64,000 bases of DNA from a bacterium. GTDB taxonomy: Bacteria > UBA8248. The notes beneath the pieces are model-generated. The model searched no databases. It worked only from the letters and a program-made list of their open reading frames with translations, and had not been told where the DNA came from. Shown one piece after another: positions 24,745 to 35,753 of this stretch (position 1 is its first letter; every line of letters begins with the position of its first letter). The DNA is taken from NCBI GenBank assembly GCA_965213685.1, contig CBDBZY010000043.1, forward strand, positions 32,001 to 96,000. Direction: 5' to 3'. A program made the position numbers and the translations under genes.

Positions 24745-24934
24745 GATGAAGACGAACCGGGGAGCGGCCAAGCGCTTCAAGTTGACGGGCACCGGCAAGG
24801 TGAAGCGCTACCACTCCCACCATCGGCACATCCTGACGAAGAAGACGACCAAAAGGAAGAGGGAACTGCGCCAGGGCGTCATCGCGAATCCCACGGACGC
24901 CAGGATGATCAAGCGGCTGATACCTTATATGTAA
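24737..24934 (+). CDS. rpmI: 50S ribosomal protein L35
   Basis: [21 protein letters not shown]...HILTKK. Confidence 0.96.
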   Translation: MPKMKTNRGAAKRFKLTGTGKVKRYHSHHRHILTKKTTKRKRELRQGVIANPTDARMIKRLIPYM

Positions 24935-25148
24935 TCGATGCAGGCTGTAGGCGCGAGGTGCGGGCGCGTCCCCCCCTCCCGGCGGGGGGTGCGCAAACGG
25001 GTCGGTGCCCCGTCGTTGACCCGCCGGGCTTGCGGCCATCCGGCGGTGCGGGTATATTCCCCCCCGGTCGGTGGCCGGGAATCGCGCGGAAGGCGGCTCT
25101 GCCGGGGTCATCGCAACGTCCACCATCGCAGGAAGGAGTATCACGACC

Positions 25149-25502
25149 ATGCCGCGTTCGACAGGAAAACCGGCTGCCAGGGAGCGGCATCGCAGGCTTC
25201 TCAAGGAGGCGAAGGGCTTTCGCGGCGCGCGCTCGAAGCGCTTTCGCTCCGCGCGGGAGTCCGTGCACCGCGCCCGCGCCTATGCCTATCGCGACCGGCG
25301 GGTGCGCAAGCGCGAGTTCCGGCGCCTCTGGAACGTTCGCATCAACGCGGCGGCCCGCCTGCATGGCCTGAATTACAGCCGCTTCATCTGGGGGCTGGGC
25401 CAGGCGGGCGTGGAGGTGAATCGCAAGATGTTGGCGGAACTGGCCGTATCCGACCCCTCGGCTTTCGGCAAACTTGTGGAAATCGCCCGGGCACAGGACT
25501 AG
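25149..25502 (+). CDS. rplT: 50S ribosomal protein L20
   Basis: [36 protein letters not shown]; RBS AAGGAG. Confidence 0.96.
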   Translation: MPRSTGKPAARERHRRLLKEAKGFRGARSKRFRSARESVHRARAYAYRDRRVRKREFRRLWNVRINAAARLHGLNYSRFIWGLGQAGVEVNRKMLAELAVSDPSAFGKLVEIARAQD

Positions 25503-25526
25503 GAGCGCGCGGGAGGATGCGCTGCG

Positions 25527-25555
25527 GGCTCCGCCCTCCGGGGTGGAGCCTTTTT
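25527..25555 (+). terminator. Intrinsic terminator after rplT
   Basis: GGCTCCGCCC-TCCG-GGGTGGAGCC followed by TTTTT. Confidence 0.75.
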
Positions 25556-25615
25556 ATGTGGCGGTCTCCGGGAAGGGGCGCGGCGTCCGGGGAGCCGGGG
25601 AATCGGGGGAGGAGC

Positions 25616-26728
25616 ATGAGCGAAAACCTGCTGATCGACATCATCGCCGAGTCGTCGAGTGCGGTCTCTGCGGCCTGGAACGCGCGCGACGCGCAGGCGG
25701 CCGAGCGCGCGCGCATCCGCTACCTGGGCCGCAAGGGCGGCAAGCTCAACGAGGTGATGCGGGGGCTGCGGGACTTGTCCGCCGAGGAGAAGCGCGTCGT
25801 CGGCCCGCTGGCCCATTCGGTGCGCGCCTACCTCGAGGCGAGCGTCGCGGCCATCAAGGAGGGGGACAAGGAGAGGATCGTCGAGGCGCATCGCGCCCTG
25901 GGCGGGAAGCTCCGGGGGGAGGAGAGCCGCGAGGCACTCGGCGCGGCGCTGCGCCAGACGGCGGAGGCGATGCTGGCGGCGGGGGAGGCCGCCGCGACCT
26001 CGCGCCCCCGCGTGGACCTCACGATTCCCGGGCGCGCCCCGCGCATCGGCCACGTGCACCCGCTGGTGCGGACGATGGAGGACTTGATCGAGGTGCTCAC
26101 GCGCCTCGGCTATTCCGTGGCGGAGGGCCCGGAGGCGGAGCTGGACTATTACAATTTCGAGGCCCTCAACATCCCCCGGGATCATCCGGCCCGCGACATG
26201 CAGGACACGTTTTATCTGACGGGCGACGCCCTGCTTCGCACGCACACCTCGCCCGTTCAGATTCGCGTGATGGAGAGCCAGCCCCCGCCCGTCAAGGTCA
26301 TCGCCCCCGGCAAGGTGTTTCGTTGCGACGCCGACGTCACGCATTCGCCCATGTTCCACCAGGTCGAGGGCCTCTATGTGGACAGGGGGGTGTCTTTCGC
26401 CGACCTCAAGGGAACCCTGGAGACGTTTGTGCGGGAAATTTTCGGCCCCGAGTATCGGGTGCGGCTGCGGCCCAGCTTCTTCCCCTTCACGGAGCCGAGC
26501 GTCGAGGTGGACATCGCCAGCGATTATCTGGCGGGCGGAGAGTGGATGGAGGTGTTGGGCGCCGGCATGGTGGACCCCGCCGTATTCGAGGCCGTGGGCT
26601 ATGATCCGGAGGAGTGGAGCGGGTTCGCCTGGGGGCTGGGCGTGGAGCGGGTCACCATGCTGCGCTACGGCATCAGCGACATCCGCCTGTTCTTTGAAAA
26701 CGATTTGCGAATGCTGCGGCAGTTCTGA
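25616..26728 (+). CDS. pheS: Phenylalanine-tRNA ligase alpha subunit
   Basis: [44 protein letters not shown]. Confidence 0.97.
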   Translation: MSENLLIDIIAESSSAVSAAWNARDAQAAERARIRYLGRKGGKLNEVMRGLRDLSAEEKRVVGPLAHSVRAYLEASVAAIKEGDKERIVEAHRALGGKLRGEESREALGAALRQTAEAMLAAGEAAATSRPRVDLTIPGRAPRIGHVHPLVRTMEDLIEVLTRLGYSVAEGPEAELDYYNFEALNIPRDHPARDMQDTFYLTGDALLRTHTSPVQIRVMESQPPPVKVIAPGKVFRCDADVTHSPMFHQVEGLYVDRGVSFADLKGTLETFVREIFGPEYRVRLRPSFFPFTEPSVEVDIASDYLAGGEWMEVLGAGMVDPAVFEAVGYDPEEWSGFAWGLGVERVTMLRYGISDIRLFFENDLRMLRQF

Positions 26729-26760
26729 ACCCGGGAGCGGACGCGCGATGAGGAACCCCC

Positions 26761-29175
26761 ATGCGGATTAGCCTGGAGTGGCTCGCCGATTTCGTCGAAC
26801 TTGATCTGGAAGACCCCGAACTGCCCGAGCGCCTCGCGAACGGGCTTCTGCTCGCGGGCCTCGAGGTGGAGGCGGTCGAGCGTCCGCAAGCGGCGTTCGA
26901 CGGCCTGGTGGTGGCCGAGGTGCTGTCCGCAGCCCCCCATCCCGGCGCGGATAGGCTCCGGGTTTGCCGCCTGGCCGACGGCGCGCGGGAGCGCTCCGTG
27001 GTGTGCGGCGCGCCCAACGTCGCGGCGGGCCAGCGCGTCGTCCTCGCCAGGCCGGGGGCGTCGATGCCGGGGGGGATGGAGATACGGGTCGCCCGGATTC
27101 GCGGCGAGCCGAGCGAGGGGATGATTTGCTCGGAGCGGGAGCTGGGCCTGGGGACGGCCCACGATGGCGTCCTGGTGCTGGACGGCGCCCCCCCCGTCGG
27201 GAGCGACGCGGCGGAGCTGCTCGGACTGAGCGACGTCATTTTCGACATCTCGATCACCCCGAACCGGGCGGATTGCCTCTCCGTCCTGGGCGTGGCGCGC
27301 GAGACGGCGGCGCTTTTGGGCGCATCGGCGCGGACTCCGGGGATTTCCGCCCAAGAGGATGCGAGCGTCGCGGCGGATGCGCTGTGCGCCGTGGAGATAC
27401 GGGACGCGGAAAAATGCCCGCGCTATGCCGCCCGCGTCATCCGGGGAGTCGGGATAGGCCCCGCGCCCATGTGGATGCAGCGGCGCCTGCGCGCCGCGGG
27501 GATGCGTCCGATCAACAACGTGGTCGACGTGACGAACTACGTCATGCTCTCCCTGGGGCAGCCGCTTCATGCGTTTGATCTCACGCGCCTGGCCGGGCGG
27601 AGAATCATCGTCCGGAGGTGGGCGGAGGACGACGGCCCCTTCGCCACGCTGGACGGCCAGGAGCGGCGGATGGACGATGGGGACCTCATGATCTGCGACG
27701 GGGAGAAGCCGGTCGCCATCGGCGGCGTGATGGGCGGTCTCGACTCCGAGGTGAGCCCCGAGACCCGCGACATCCTCCTCGAGAGCGCCTACTTCGCGCC
27801 CCAGACCATCCGGCGCACGCGCAGGCGTCTGGGGATGTCCACGGAAGCCTCCTACCGCTTCGAGCGCGGGGTGGACCCCTCGGGCACCGTGCGCGCGGCG
27901 GACTGGGCCGCCGAGCTCATTCGCCAGACGGCGGGCGGTGCCATCGCCCGGGGGGTGGTCGACGCCCATCCGGCGCCCGTCGTGCCGAAGAGGGTGCCGA
28001 TTCGCGTGGCGCGCGCCTCGCGCCTGCTCGGCGTCTCCCTGGACGCGGCCCAGGTGCGGGAGAGCCTCGAGTCTCTGGGCATGTCCGTGAGCGGGCGGGG
28101 CGATGGCGTCTTCAGCGTCGAGGTGCCGACCTTCCGGCCCGACGTCGAACGCGAGGTCGACCTCGTCGAGGAGGTGGGCAGAAGGGTGGGCTACGAGAAC
28201 GTTCCCGCCACCCTGCCGGCGTCGGGAAGCCCTGCGGCGCGGCCGACGCGCGCCCGCGCCCTGGAGTTGGAGGCGCGCCGGACGATGGTGGCCGGAGGAC
28301 TCAGCGAGGCGCTGAACTACAGCTTCGTCGCCAGGGGCGGCCTCCGGACGATGGGGTGGCGCGACGAGGAGATGGTGGCGCTGCGCAACCCCCTGAGCGG
28401 CGAGATGGACGTGCTCAGAACCACGTTGCTCGCGGGCCTGCTGACGAACGCGGCGCACAACCTGAGCCGGGGGGTGGAAGGGATTCGCCTCTTCGAGCTG
28501 GGGTGCGTGTTTCATCCCGTGGAGGGTGCGGCGTTGCCGGAGCAGGTGCTGCGCATGGCGGGCCTCGTCGTGGGGGGCGCCCAGCCGGCGGACGACGCGC
28601 GGCCGCCGGAGGATTTGCTCGATCTCAAGGGGGTGCTCGAGTGCCTCTTCGATTCTCTGGGGGTTCGGGGGGTCGCCTTCACGGAGGCGGGCCGCGCCCC
28701 GGGATGGGATTCGTCCGCAGTTTCCAGGATTCTCGCGGGCGACGCGGAGCTCGGCCACATCGGGCTGGTGTCGCCCCGGGTGCTGGACGAGTGGGACGTC
28801 GAGGCGGGCGTGTCCGCTTTTGAGATCAGCCTCGCCGCTTTGAGCGAAATCGAGCCCGCCCCGCGCCGCATGGCGCCCTTGCCCAGGTACCCGGCCTCCC
28901 CGCGCGACCTGGCGGTGGTGGTGGATGCGGAGCGCACCCACGGGCAGGTGGAGGAAGCCATTCGCGAGGCGGGCGGGGATTGGCTCGAATCGGTGCGTCT
29001 GTTCGACGTGTATGAGGATTCCGCACTCAGGGCCTCGGGCGAGAAGAGCCTGGCGTATTCCCTGGTGTTTCGGCACCCGGAAGCCACGCTCACCGATGAG
29101 CAGGTTCGGGAGGCCTTCGACGGGATCGTGGCGCACCTGGCCGCGCGCCTGGGCGCGCGCCTCAGGGCCTCCTGA
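26761..29175 (+). CDS. pheT: Phenylalanine-tRNA ligase beta subunit
   Basis: VCGAPNV, ITPNRADCLS, NVVDVTNY, RFERGVD, C-terminal FDX-ACB domain. Confidence 0.97.
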   Translation: MRISLEWLADFVELDLEDPELPERLANGLLLAGLEVEAVERPQAAFDGLVVAEVLSAAPHPGADRLRVCRLADGARERSVVCGAPNVAAGQRVVLARPGASMPGGMEIRVARIRGEPSEGMICSERELGLGTAHDGVLVLDGAPPVGSDAAELLGLSDVIFDISITPNRADCLSVLGVARETAALLGASARTPGISAQEDASVAADALCAVEIRDAEKCPRYAARVIRGVGIGPAPMWMQRRLRAAGMRPINNVVDVTNYVMLSLGQPLHAFDLTRLAGRRIIVRRWAEDDGPFATLDGQERRMDDGDLMICDGEKPVAIGGVMGGLDSEVSPETRDILLESAYFAPQTIRRTRRRLGMSTEASYRFERGVDPSGTVRAADWAAELIRQTAGGAIARGVVDAHPAPVVPKRVPIRVARASRLLGVSLDAAQVRESLESLGMSVSGRGDGVFSVEVPTFRPDVEREVDLVEEVGRRVGYENVPATLPASGSPAARPTRARALELEARRTMVAGGLSEALNYSFVARGGLRTMGWRDEEMVALRNPLSGEMDVLRTTLLAGLLTNAAHNLSRGVEGIRLFELGCVFHPVEGAALPEQVLRMAGLVVGGAQPADDARPPEDLLDLKGVLECLFDSLGVRGVAFTEAGRAPGWDSSAVSRILAGDAELGHIGLVSPRVLDEWDVEAGVSAFEISLAALSEIEPAPRRMAPLPRYPASPRDLAVVVDAERTHGQVEEAIREAGGDWLESVRLFDVYEDSALRASGEKSLAYSLVFRHPEATLTDEQVREAFDGIVAHLAARLGARLRAS

Positions 29176-29183
29176 CGGCTTCC

Positions 29184-29212
29184 TTGACACCGCCTTTCTG
29201 CAAATCTAGAAT
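29184..29212 (+). promoter_or_regulatory. Sigma70 promoter for zapB-zapA
   Basis: TTGACA-N17-TAGAAT. Confidence 0.7.
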
Positions 29213-29271
29213 CATGCGCACGTATCGATAACCGTCTCGGTTTTCTTCTCGCTCTTTGAGGGGATGTTCGA

Positions 29272-29526
29272 ATGGTCACGGAAAAGCTGGATGCGCTCGA
29301 AAGGGCGCTCTCGGGTATTTTGGAGGAACTCCATTCGCTGAGGGGCTCCCGGATGGAGCTGGAATCGCAGTTGGAGCAGGTGAAGGAGGAGGCCAAGGCC
29401 AATTCGGATGCCGCCCGCGACCGGGCCGCGGAGGTGACGAGGCTTCAGACGGAAAACGACCGTCTCCAGAAGGAGCACTCCGAGATTCGCGAGCGCGTCG
29501 AACGCATCCTGAAGCACATCGGGTAG
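29272..29526 (+). CDS. zapB: Cell division protein ZapB-like coiled coil
   Basis: Heptad-rich 84 aa ending IRERVERILKHI; conserved pheT-zapB-zapA synteny. Confidence 0.75.
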   Translation: MVTEKLDALERALSGILEELHSLRGSRMELESQLEQVKEEAKANSDAARDRAAEVTRLQTENDRLQKEHSEIRERVERILKHIG

Positions 29527-29562
29527 CGTGCCAGCGGAGGACGACGGCGTAAGGAGCAGCTT

Positions 29563-29841
29563 ATGGCCGGGGAGAACAAGCTCGTGGTGAAGATTTTTGG
29601 CCAGTCCCTGAACCTGAAGAGTTCGGTCAATCCCGAATATACGGTGCGACTCGCCGAATACGTGGATTCCCAGATTCACAAGGTCTCGCGCCAGTCGAAC
29701 GATCCGATGAAAGTCGCCCTGCTCGCGCTGATGAACATCGCCAACGAATTGTTTGAGGAGAAAAAGGCGAAAGAGGAGAGAAACGAGGCCCTCGCACGAC
29801 GCGCCGATTCCCTCTTGGAGATGTTAAGAAGCGCGGGTTGA
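29563..29841 (+). CDS. zapA: Cell division protein ZapA
   Basis: VKIFGQ...LAEYVD...VALLALMNIANELF. Confidence 0.88.
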   Translation: MAGENKLVVKIFGQSLNLKSSVNPEYTVRLAEYVDSQIHKVSRQSNDPMKVALLALMNIANELFEEKKAKEERNEALARRADSLLEMLRSAG

Positions 29842-29918
29842 GTCGAAGTTCTCGCCATGCGGTAGCTCCCCCCTGTATTCATCCCCCGGTTTTGATGGCA
29901 TAATGCGTTTTTGCTTTT

Positions 29919-30098
29919 GGCCCTGCCGTGTTCGTGATGGGGAAAAGCCATTTTGACCCAGTGCTACTTTGACGGGAGCCCTTCCCCACGGTGGTGAGCC
30001 ATTCCCCTCGGGGAGATGGGCCTAAAGCCGTGGTACTGGGCGCCCACCTGGCGAAAGCTGGGTTCGAGGCGGACTCCACACGGCACATAGGCGGGGCC
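29919..30098 (+). ncRNA. ssrS: 6S RNA
   Basis: About 180 nt with terminal pairing GGCCCTGCC/GGCGGGGCC and GTGTTCG...TTGACCC...GGGAGC...GGGTTCGA...CGGCAC motifs; canonical position between zapA and 5-FTHF cyclo-ligase. Confidence 0.85.
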
Positions 30099-30209
30099 AT
30101 CCTAGACGGGCTTCCGGTGTTCGAGCCGCACCGGGGGTTTCCGGTGGCCGGGCGCGCGGCTTGGGGGCCGGGGCGTTGAAAGCGGACGCCTGGCCCCGGA
30201 TGGAGCGAG

Positions 30210-30804
30210 GTGAAGCAGGACGTTCGGCGGCGGATGCGGGAGAGGAGAGCGGGGGTTTCTCCCGCCGAGGCCGCTAGATGTGGGCGGCTGGCGGGACGAC
30301 GCCTGGATGCGTTTCTGCTCTTTATGGGCGCGCGCAGGGTGGGGGTGTATGCGGCGGTGCGCGGCGAGTTGGACCTCTCGTCGCTCTGGGGGGCGGGGCG
30401 TGATTCGCGGAGGGGATATTATTTCCCCAGGGTAGAGGGGGATGTCCTGCGTTTCTGCCCGGTGCGCCGGCCCGACGAGGAGCTGCGACCGGGCGCGTTT
30501 CGCATTCCCGAGCCTCTCCGCGACATTCCCGCCCTGGATGCGAGGGAGCTGGACGTGGTCGTGACCCCGGGCCTGGCGTTTGACGCGCGCGGCGGCCGGC
30601 TGGGAAGCGGCGGCGGGTTCTATGATCGCACGTTTCGACGGCCCCGCGGCGACCTGGGCGGGGCCTTTGCTGGCGGGCGCCGGCTACGCCTTTCAGCTGC
30701 TCGTCCGCGAGACCCTGCAGAGGGACGCCTGGGATGTCGGCGTGGATTGGGTGATAACCGACAGGGAGGCGCTGCGTTGTCTCCCGCGTGAATATATGCC
30801 CTAG
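30210..30804 (+). CDS. 5-formyltetrahydrofolate cyclo-ligase (extra T at 30633-30635, probable assembly error)
   Basis: VVVTPGLAFDARGGRLGSGGGFYDR, then the shifted GAGYAFQ...WDVGVDWVITD. Confidence 0.85.
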
Positions 30805-30813
30805 GAGGCGCGT

Positions 30814-32401
30814 ATGAATCATGTGGTTTTGTTGCAGTCCATCGTTGTTTCCATCGTCGTCGTCTGCGTGACGGCGCTGTTCGTCGTGCGGGCGATGAAG
30901 CGCCGCCGCGATGAGAACGGTCGCCCGCCTGGAGGCGGATTTCGCGAAGCGGATCGAAGAGGCCAACGAGAGCGCGTCGAAGGAGGCCGCGCGGAGAATT
31001 CAAGAGTTCCAGGTGGTCCATAAAGAGGAATTGCTGCGGGAGAGGGAGGACATTCGGCGGGAGAACAAATCCCGTGCGGAGGAGCTGCAAAAGCTGGAGC
31101 GACGGGTGCTCCAGCGCGAGGAGACGCTGGACAGGCGCCGCGAGAGCCTCGACGGCAAGGAGGCGGCCATGGAGCGCCGCCGCGCGGGTCTGGACCGGAA
31201 GGAGGAGTCGCTCAAACGCGAGGAGACGCGTTACAGGCAGTTGCAGGAGGAGGAAATCCGGAAGCTGGAGGAAATCTCCGGCCTGAGCGTCGAGAGCGCC
31301 AAAAAAGAGCTGACGGACCGCTTTATGGAGGAGGTGAAGCAGGACATCGCCGCGGAGGTGCGACGCCTGGAGCGGCGGGCGCGGAACGCCGTGGACTCCG
31401 AAGCGAGAAAGGCGCTCGCCCTCGCCGTCGAGCGCTTCTCCTCGGATCACGTGGCGGAGAACCTGGTGAGCGTGGTGGACTTGCCGGCCGACGAGATGAA
31501 GGGCCGCATCATCGGCCGCGAGGGCAGAAACATCCGCGCCCTCGAGATGGCGACCGGCGTGGACGTGATCATCGACGATACGCCCGAGGCCGTCGTCGTC
31601 TCGGGCTTTGACAAGGTGCGCCGAGAGACGGCGCGCCTCGCGCTCGAGGCGCTGGTGCAGGACGGGAGAATCCACCCGGGCAGAATCGAGGACATCGTCA
31701 ACAAGACGAAAAAGGACATCGACGCCCAGATACGCCAGGCGGGCGAGGAGGCCGTGATGGAGCTCGGGGTCGCTGACGCGCACCCGGAACTCGTGAAGAT
31801 GCTGGGGCGCCTGAAATACCGCACGAGCTACAGCCAGAACGCGCTCATGCACTCGAAGGAGGTGGCCTATCTCGCGGGAATGCTGGCGGATGAGTTGCGC
31901 ATCGACCCTGCGATGGCGAGGCGCGCCGGCCTGTTCCACGACATCGGCAAGGCGGCGACGCACGAGGTCGAGGGCTCCCACGTCCAGATAGGCTACGACA
32001 TCGCCAAGCGCTACAACGAGCCGCCCGAGGTGCTCAACGCCATCGTCTCGCACCATGAGGACGAGGAGGCGAACTGCATCGAATCCATCCCTGGTGAAGG
32101 CGGCGGACACCCTGTCCGCCGCGCGGCCGGGGGCGCGGCGCGAGATGGTGGAGAAGCTACATCAAGCGCCTCGAGGCGCTGGAGAAGATCGCCGAGTCCT
32201 TTCAGGGCGTGGAGAAGTGCTTCGCCATCCAGGCGGGTCGGGAGATTCGCGTGTCCGTCCTGCCCGACGAGATCACCGATTCGCAGGCCACCCTTCCTCG
32301 CGCGCGACATCGCCAAGCGGATCGAGAGCGAGCGCACCTATCCGGGCGAAATCCTCGTCACCGTCATCCGCGAAACCCGCCATACGGCCACCGCGCGCTG
32401 A
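30814..32401 (+). CDS. rny: Ribonuclease Y (four single-base insertions, probable assembly errors)
   Basis: N-terminal TM, coiled coil, KH ([14 protein letters not shown]), HD (GLFHDIGK). The [15 protein letters not shown] and [11 protein letters not shown] motifs lie in shifted frames. Confidence 0.92.
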
Positions 32402-32408
32402 GGCCGCC

Positions 32409-33199
32409 ATGAGGCTGCTCTTCATCGGGGACATCAACGGCAGGGTGGGTCGCCGGATGGTGACCACCCACCTGCGCGCCCTCATAGAGGAGCACGGGGC
32501 GGACGTGTGCGTCATCAACGGGGAGAACGCGGCCGGCGGCTTCGGGATCAACAACGACCACGGCCGACGCGCTTCTCGACGCGGGGGGCGGACGTCATCA
32601 CCTCCGGGAATCACATCTGGAACCGCAAGGAGACAGCGAGGTTCATCCTGCGCGAGCCTCGCCTGCTGCGGCCCGCGAACTATCCCCCCCAGACGCCGGG
32701 CAGGGGCGTTTTCATCCTGGAGACCGGAGAGGGGCGCGTCGGCGTCGTGAACCTCATGGGCCGCGTCTTCATGCCGCCCATCGAATGCCCCTTCCGGGAG
32801 GCGGATGAAATCCTCAGAAAAATGGGCGCGGACACGAAAATGATCATGGTGGATTTTCACGCGGAGGCCACGAGCGAGAAGGTGGCGATGGGCTGGCACC
32901 TCGATGGCCGCGTGAGCGCCGTCCTGGGCACGCACACCCACATCCAGACGGCGGATGAGCGGGTGCTGCCCAAGGGCACGGCGTTCATGACGGACGTCGG
33001 CATGACGGGGCCCCGCAATTCCGTCATCGGCATGAAGCCGGAGCTCGTCCTCGATAAGTTCCTGTCGGGGATTCCCCGCCGCCTGGAGGTGGCCGGAGGG
33101 GAGGGGCAGCTCAACGGCGCGCTCATCGAGATAGCGGCGGACACCGGAAAGGCGCTCTCCATCCAGCGCGTCCAGATTTCCGAGGAGACCGGCGGCTGA
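32409..33199 (+). CDS. YmdB-like TIGR00282 metallophosphoesterase (two insertions at about 32558 and 32583-88)
   Basis: [46 protein letters not shown]; follows rny. Confidence 0.9.
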
Positions 33200-33233
33200 G
33201 GGGCCGCGCGTCGCCCCCGGTCCGCCCCCCGTC

Positions 33234-33839
33234 TCACGGCCGCCCGTTCTGTCGGGCGATCCCTTTGTGCGCGGCGACGGCGGATTCCCTCGCCTTTTCG
33301 CCTTCCGCCAACTCCAGCAGCCGCCCCAGGCGCCACCTGGGCGAGCGCGACTCCAGGAAGGCCTGCTTCTCCGGAAGCGGCAGCCTGAGCGCCTCGGCGG
33401 CGGCGAACGAGAGACGAAACGGGTCCGTTCGCATTTCCTCCGGAAGATTCGGGGGCGCGGGCGCCCGTTTCCGGAGGGCGTCCCACAGGCGCTGGCATAA
33501 CTCCTGGGCCGCCTCCGCCTCGTCCTGAAACTCCTCCACCTCCCCCTCGAGGTAGGGGCGGCTGTCGTAGGTGCGAAGAAGCGCGAAGCGCCGTTCGCCC
33601 CGGGCCAGGATGTTCATCCTGCCGTCGGCGAACCTTTCGAACACCTCGACGACGCGGGCCGCGCATCCGACTTTGCGGATGCCTCCGCGCTCGGCCAGAA
33701 CGACCCCGAAGGGCGCATTCCCTCCGAGGCACTCGCCGATCATGGTCTTGTAGCGCTCCTCGAAGATGTGCAGGGGGAGGTGCTGGGCGGGTAGGAGCAC
33801 GACCTGAAGCGGAAAGAGGGGCAAGCGATAGGTAGCCAT
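33234..33839 (-). CDS. LON peptidase substrate-binding (N-terminal) domain protein
   Basis: [12 protein letters not shown]...PLHIFEERY...DGRMNIL.RG.RRF. Confidence 0.85.
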   Translation of the reverse strand: MATYRLPLFPLQVVLLPAQHLPLHIFEERYKTMIGECLGGNAPFGVVLAERGGIRKVGCAARVVEVFERFADGRMNILARGERRFALLRTYDSRPYLEGEVEEFQDEAEAAQELCQRLWDALRKRAPAPPNLPEEMRTDPFRLSFAAAEALRLPLPEKQAFLESRSPRWRLGRLLELAEGEKARESAVAAHKGIARQNGRP

Positions 33840-34055
33840 CCGGAAAATGTACACCGGATCACCCGGTTTTGGAACTCCGGGAGCAACGGCAAGGGGCGCA
33901 GTCGCCGGCAGTGGAGCGGGCGGGGCGCACCCCCTGCGGGCGGGACGTCCGAAACGCTCCCCCGTGCTGGTCTGATGGGGCGCGGATATGGTATTTTGAG
34001 CTGCTTGGGGGCGAAGGGCGCCGTCTGCTTTTTCTTTTCACGGAGATTTCTCGGG

Positions 34056-35684
34056 ATGAGCGAGCCGAGCATCGGCATGGCGGAGCGGGCATGGCGCGCG
34101 GACGCGGAAGTTGGCGGCAAGGCGACGCCTTCCGGCATCCCGCTGCCTGCGTCCTTCGGCCCGGACGACGCGGCGCCCGCGAGCGCGGACGAGCGGCCGG
34201 GCGCGTATCCCTACGCGCGCGGCATCTACGAGAACATGTATCGCGACAGGCTCTGGACGATGCGCCAATACGCCGGCTTCGGCGGCGCGAAGGAGAGCAA
34301 CGAGCGCTACCGCTACCTCCTCCGGCAGGGGCAGATGGGCATTTCCGTGGCGTTCGACCTGCCCACCCAGATTGGCTACGACCCGGACCATTCCCTGGCG
34401 CATGGCGAGGTGGGCCGCGTGGGGGTGTCCATCGCCTCGATAGAGGACATGGCGGATTTGCTGGAGGGAATTCCCCTCGACAGGATCTCCACGTCGATGA
34501 CCATCAACGCCACCGCCCCCATCTTGCTGGCCCTGTACGTCGCGGCGGCCGAGGCGCGCGGCGTCCCGCCCGAGGCGCTCCGGGGAACCGTCCAGAACGA
34601 CATCCTGAAGGAATACATCTCGCGCGGAACCTATATCTATCCGCCGGGGCCGAGCCTGCGCCTGATCACCGACACGATCTCGTTCTGCAAGGACAGGGCG
34701 CCGAAGTGGAACGCCATATCCATCAGCGGCTATCACATCCGCGAGGCGGGGGCGACGGCCGTGCAGGAGGTCGCCTTCACGCTCGCGAACGCCGTCACCT
34801 ATGTGCAGGCCGCGGTGGACGCGGGCCTGGACGTGGACGCCATCGGCTCGCAAATCTCTTTTTTCTTCAACGTCCACAACCACTTCCTGGAGGAGATCGC
34901 CAAGTTCCGCGCCGCGCGAAGGCTTTGGGCGCGGATCATGCGCGAGCGGTTCGGCGCGCGCTCGGAGAAGGCGCGCATGTTGCGGTTTCACTCCCAGACC
35001 GCCGGCAGCGCGCTGACCGCCCAGCAGCCGAAGAACAACGTCGTTCGCGTCGCCCTCCAGGCGATGGCCGCCGTGCTGGGGGGCACCCAGTCGCTGCACA
35101 CGAATTCCCTGGACGAGGCACTCTCCCTGCCCACGGCGGAGGCGGCGCGGCTCGCGCTCCGGACCCAGCAGATACTCGCGGAGGAGACGAACGTGGCGGC
35201 GGTGGCGGACCCGTGCGGCGGGGCGCACGCCATCGAGGCCCTCACCTCGGAGGTCGCCTCGCGGGCGGAGGAGATGATGCGGCAAATCGACGACGCCGGC
35301 GGAATGCTGCGCGCCATCGAGACGGGGTGGGTGCAGCGCCGGATTCAGGACAGCGCGTACGCCTACCAGCGCGCCGTCGAGGCGGGGGAGAGGATACTCG
35401 TCGGCGTGAACCGGTATCAGAAAGAAGAGGACGTCCGCATCTCGACGCTCCAGATTCGCCCGGAGGCCGAGGCGGAGCAGAGGCAGCGCGTCGCTTCGCT
35501 CCGGAGGCGGCGCGACGCCGCCCGCGTGAGCGGGGCGCTGGCTTCCCTGGGCCAGGCGGCCCGGGGCGCGGAGAACCTTCTGCCCTGGATTCTGGACGCG
35601 GTGCGCGCCCGGGCGACGGTCGGGGAGATCGCGGACGCCATGCGCGAGGTTTTTGGCCTGTACCAGGAGGGCGTCGCCATCTAG
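34056..35684 (+). CDS. Acyl-CoA mutase (methylmalonyl-CoA mutase-type) substrate-binding subunit of a split enzyme
   Basis: [10 protein letters not shown] (Tyr specificity residue), [37 protein letters not shown]; no B12-binding domain. Confidence 0.9.
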   Translation: MSEPSIGMAERAWRADAEVGGKATPSGIPLPASFGPDDAAPASADERPGAYPYARGIYENMYRDRLWTMRQYAGFGGAKESNERYRYLLRQGQMGISVAFDLPTQIGYDPDHSLAHGEVGRVGVSIASIEDMADLLEGIPLDRISTSMTINATAPILLALYVAAAEARGVPPEALRGTVQNDILKEYISRGTYIYPPGPSLRLITDTISFCKDRAPKWNAISISGYHIREAGATAVQEVAFTLANAVTYVQAAVDAGLDVDAIGSQISFFFNVHNHFLEEIAKFRAARRLWARIMRERFGARSEKARMLRFHSQTAGSALTAQQPKNNVVRVALQAMAAVLGGTQSLHTNSLDEALSLPTAEAARLALRTQQILAEETNVAAVADPCGGAHAIEALTSEVASRAEEMMRQIDDAGGMLRAIETGWVQRRIQDSAYAYQRAVEAGERILVGVNRYQKEEDVRISTLQIRPEAEAEQRQRVASLRRRRDAARVSGALASLGQAARGAENLLPWILDAVRARATVGEIADAMREVFGLYQEGVAI

Positions 35685-35753
35685 GGCGGGGCGGGAGGCG
35701 GCTCGCCGCCGCGCGTCCCGGGAGCGGAATGCGCCATCGGGAGAGAGCGCCAG

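Noticed and set aside
18562-33199. Pseudogenisation of tig, clpP, rny, ymdB and the cyclo-ligase
   Set aside because: The motifs are otherwise fully conserved; the only lesions seen are duplications of a base or dinucleotide.
33855-34055. Cobalamin riboswitch upstream of the mutase
   Set aside because: No B12-box or GGGAA/GCCACTG elements found.
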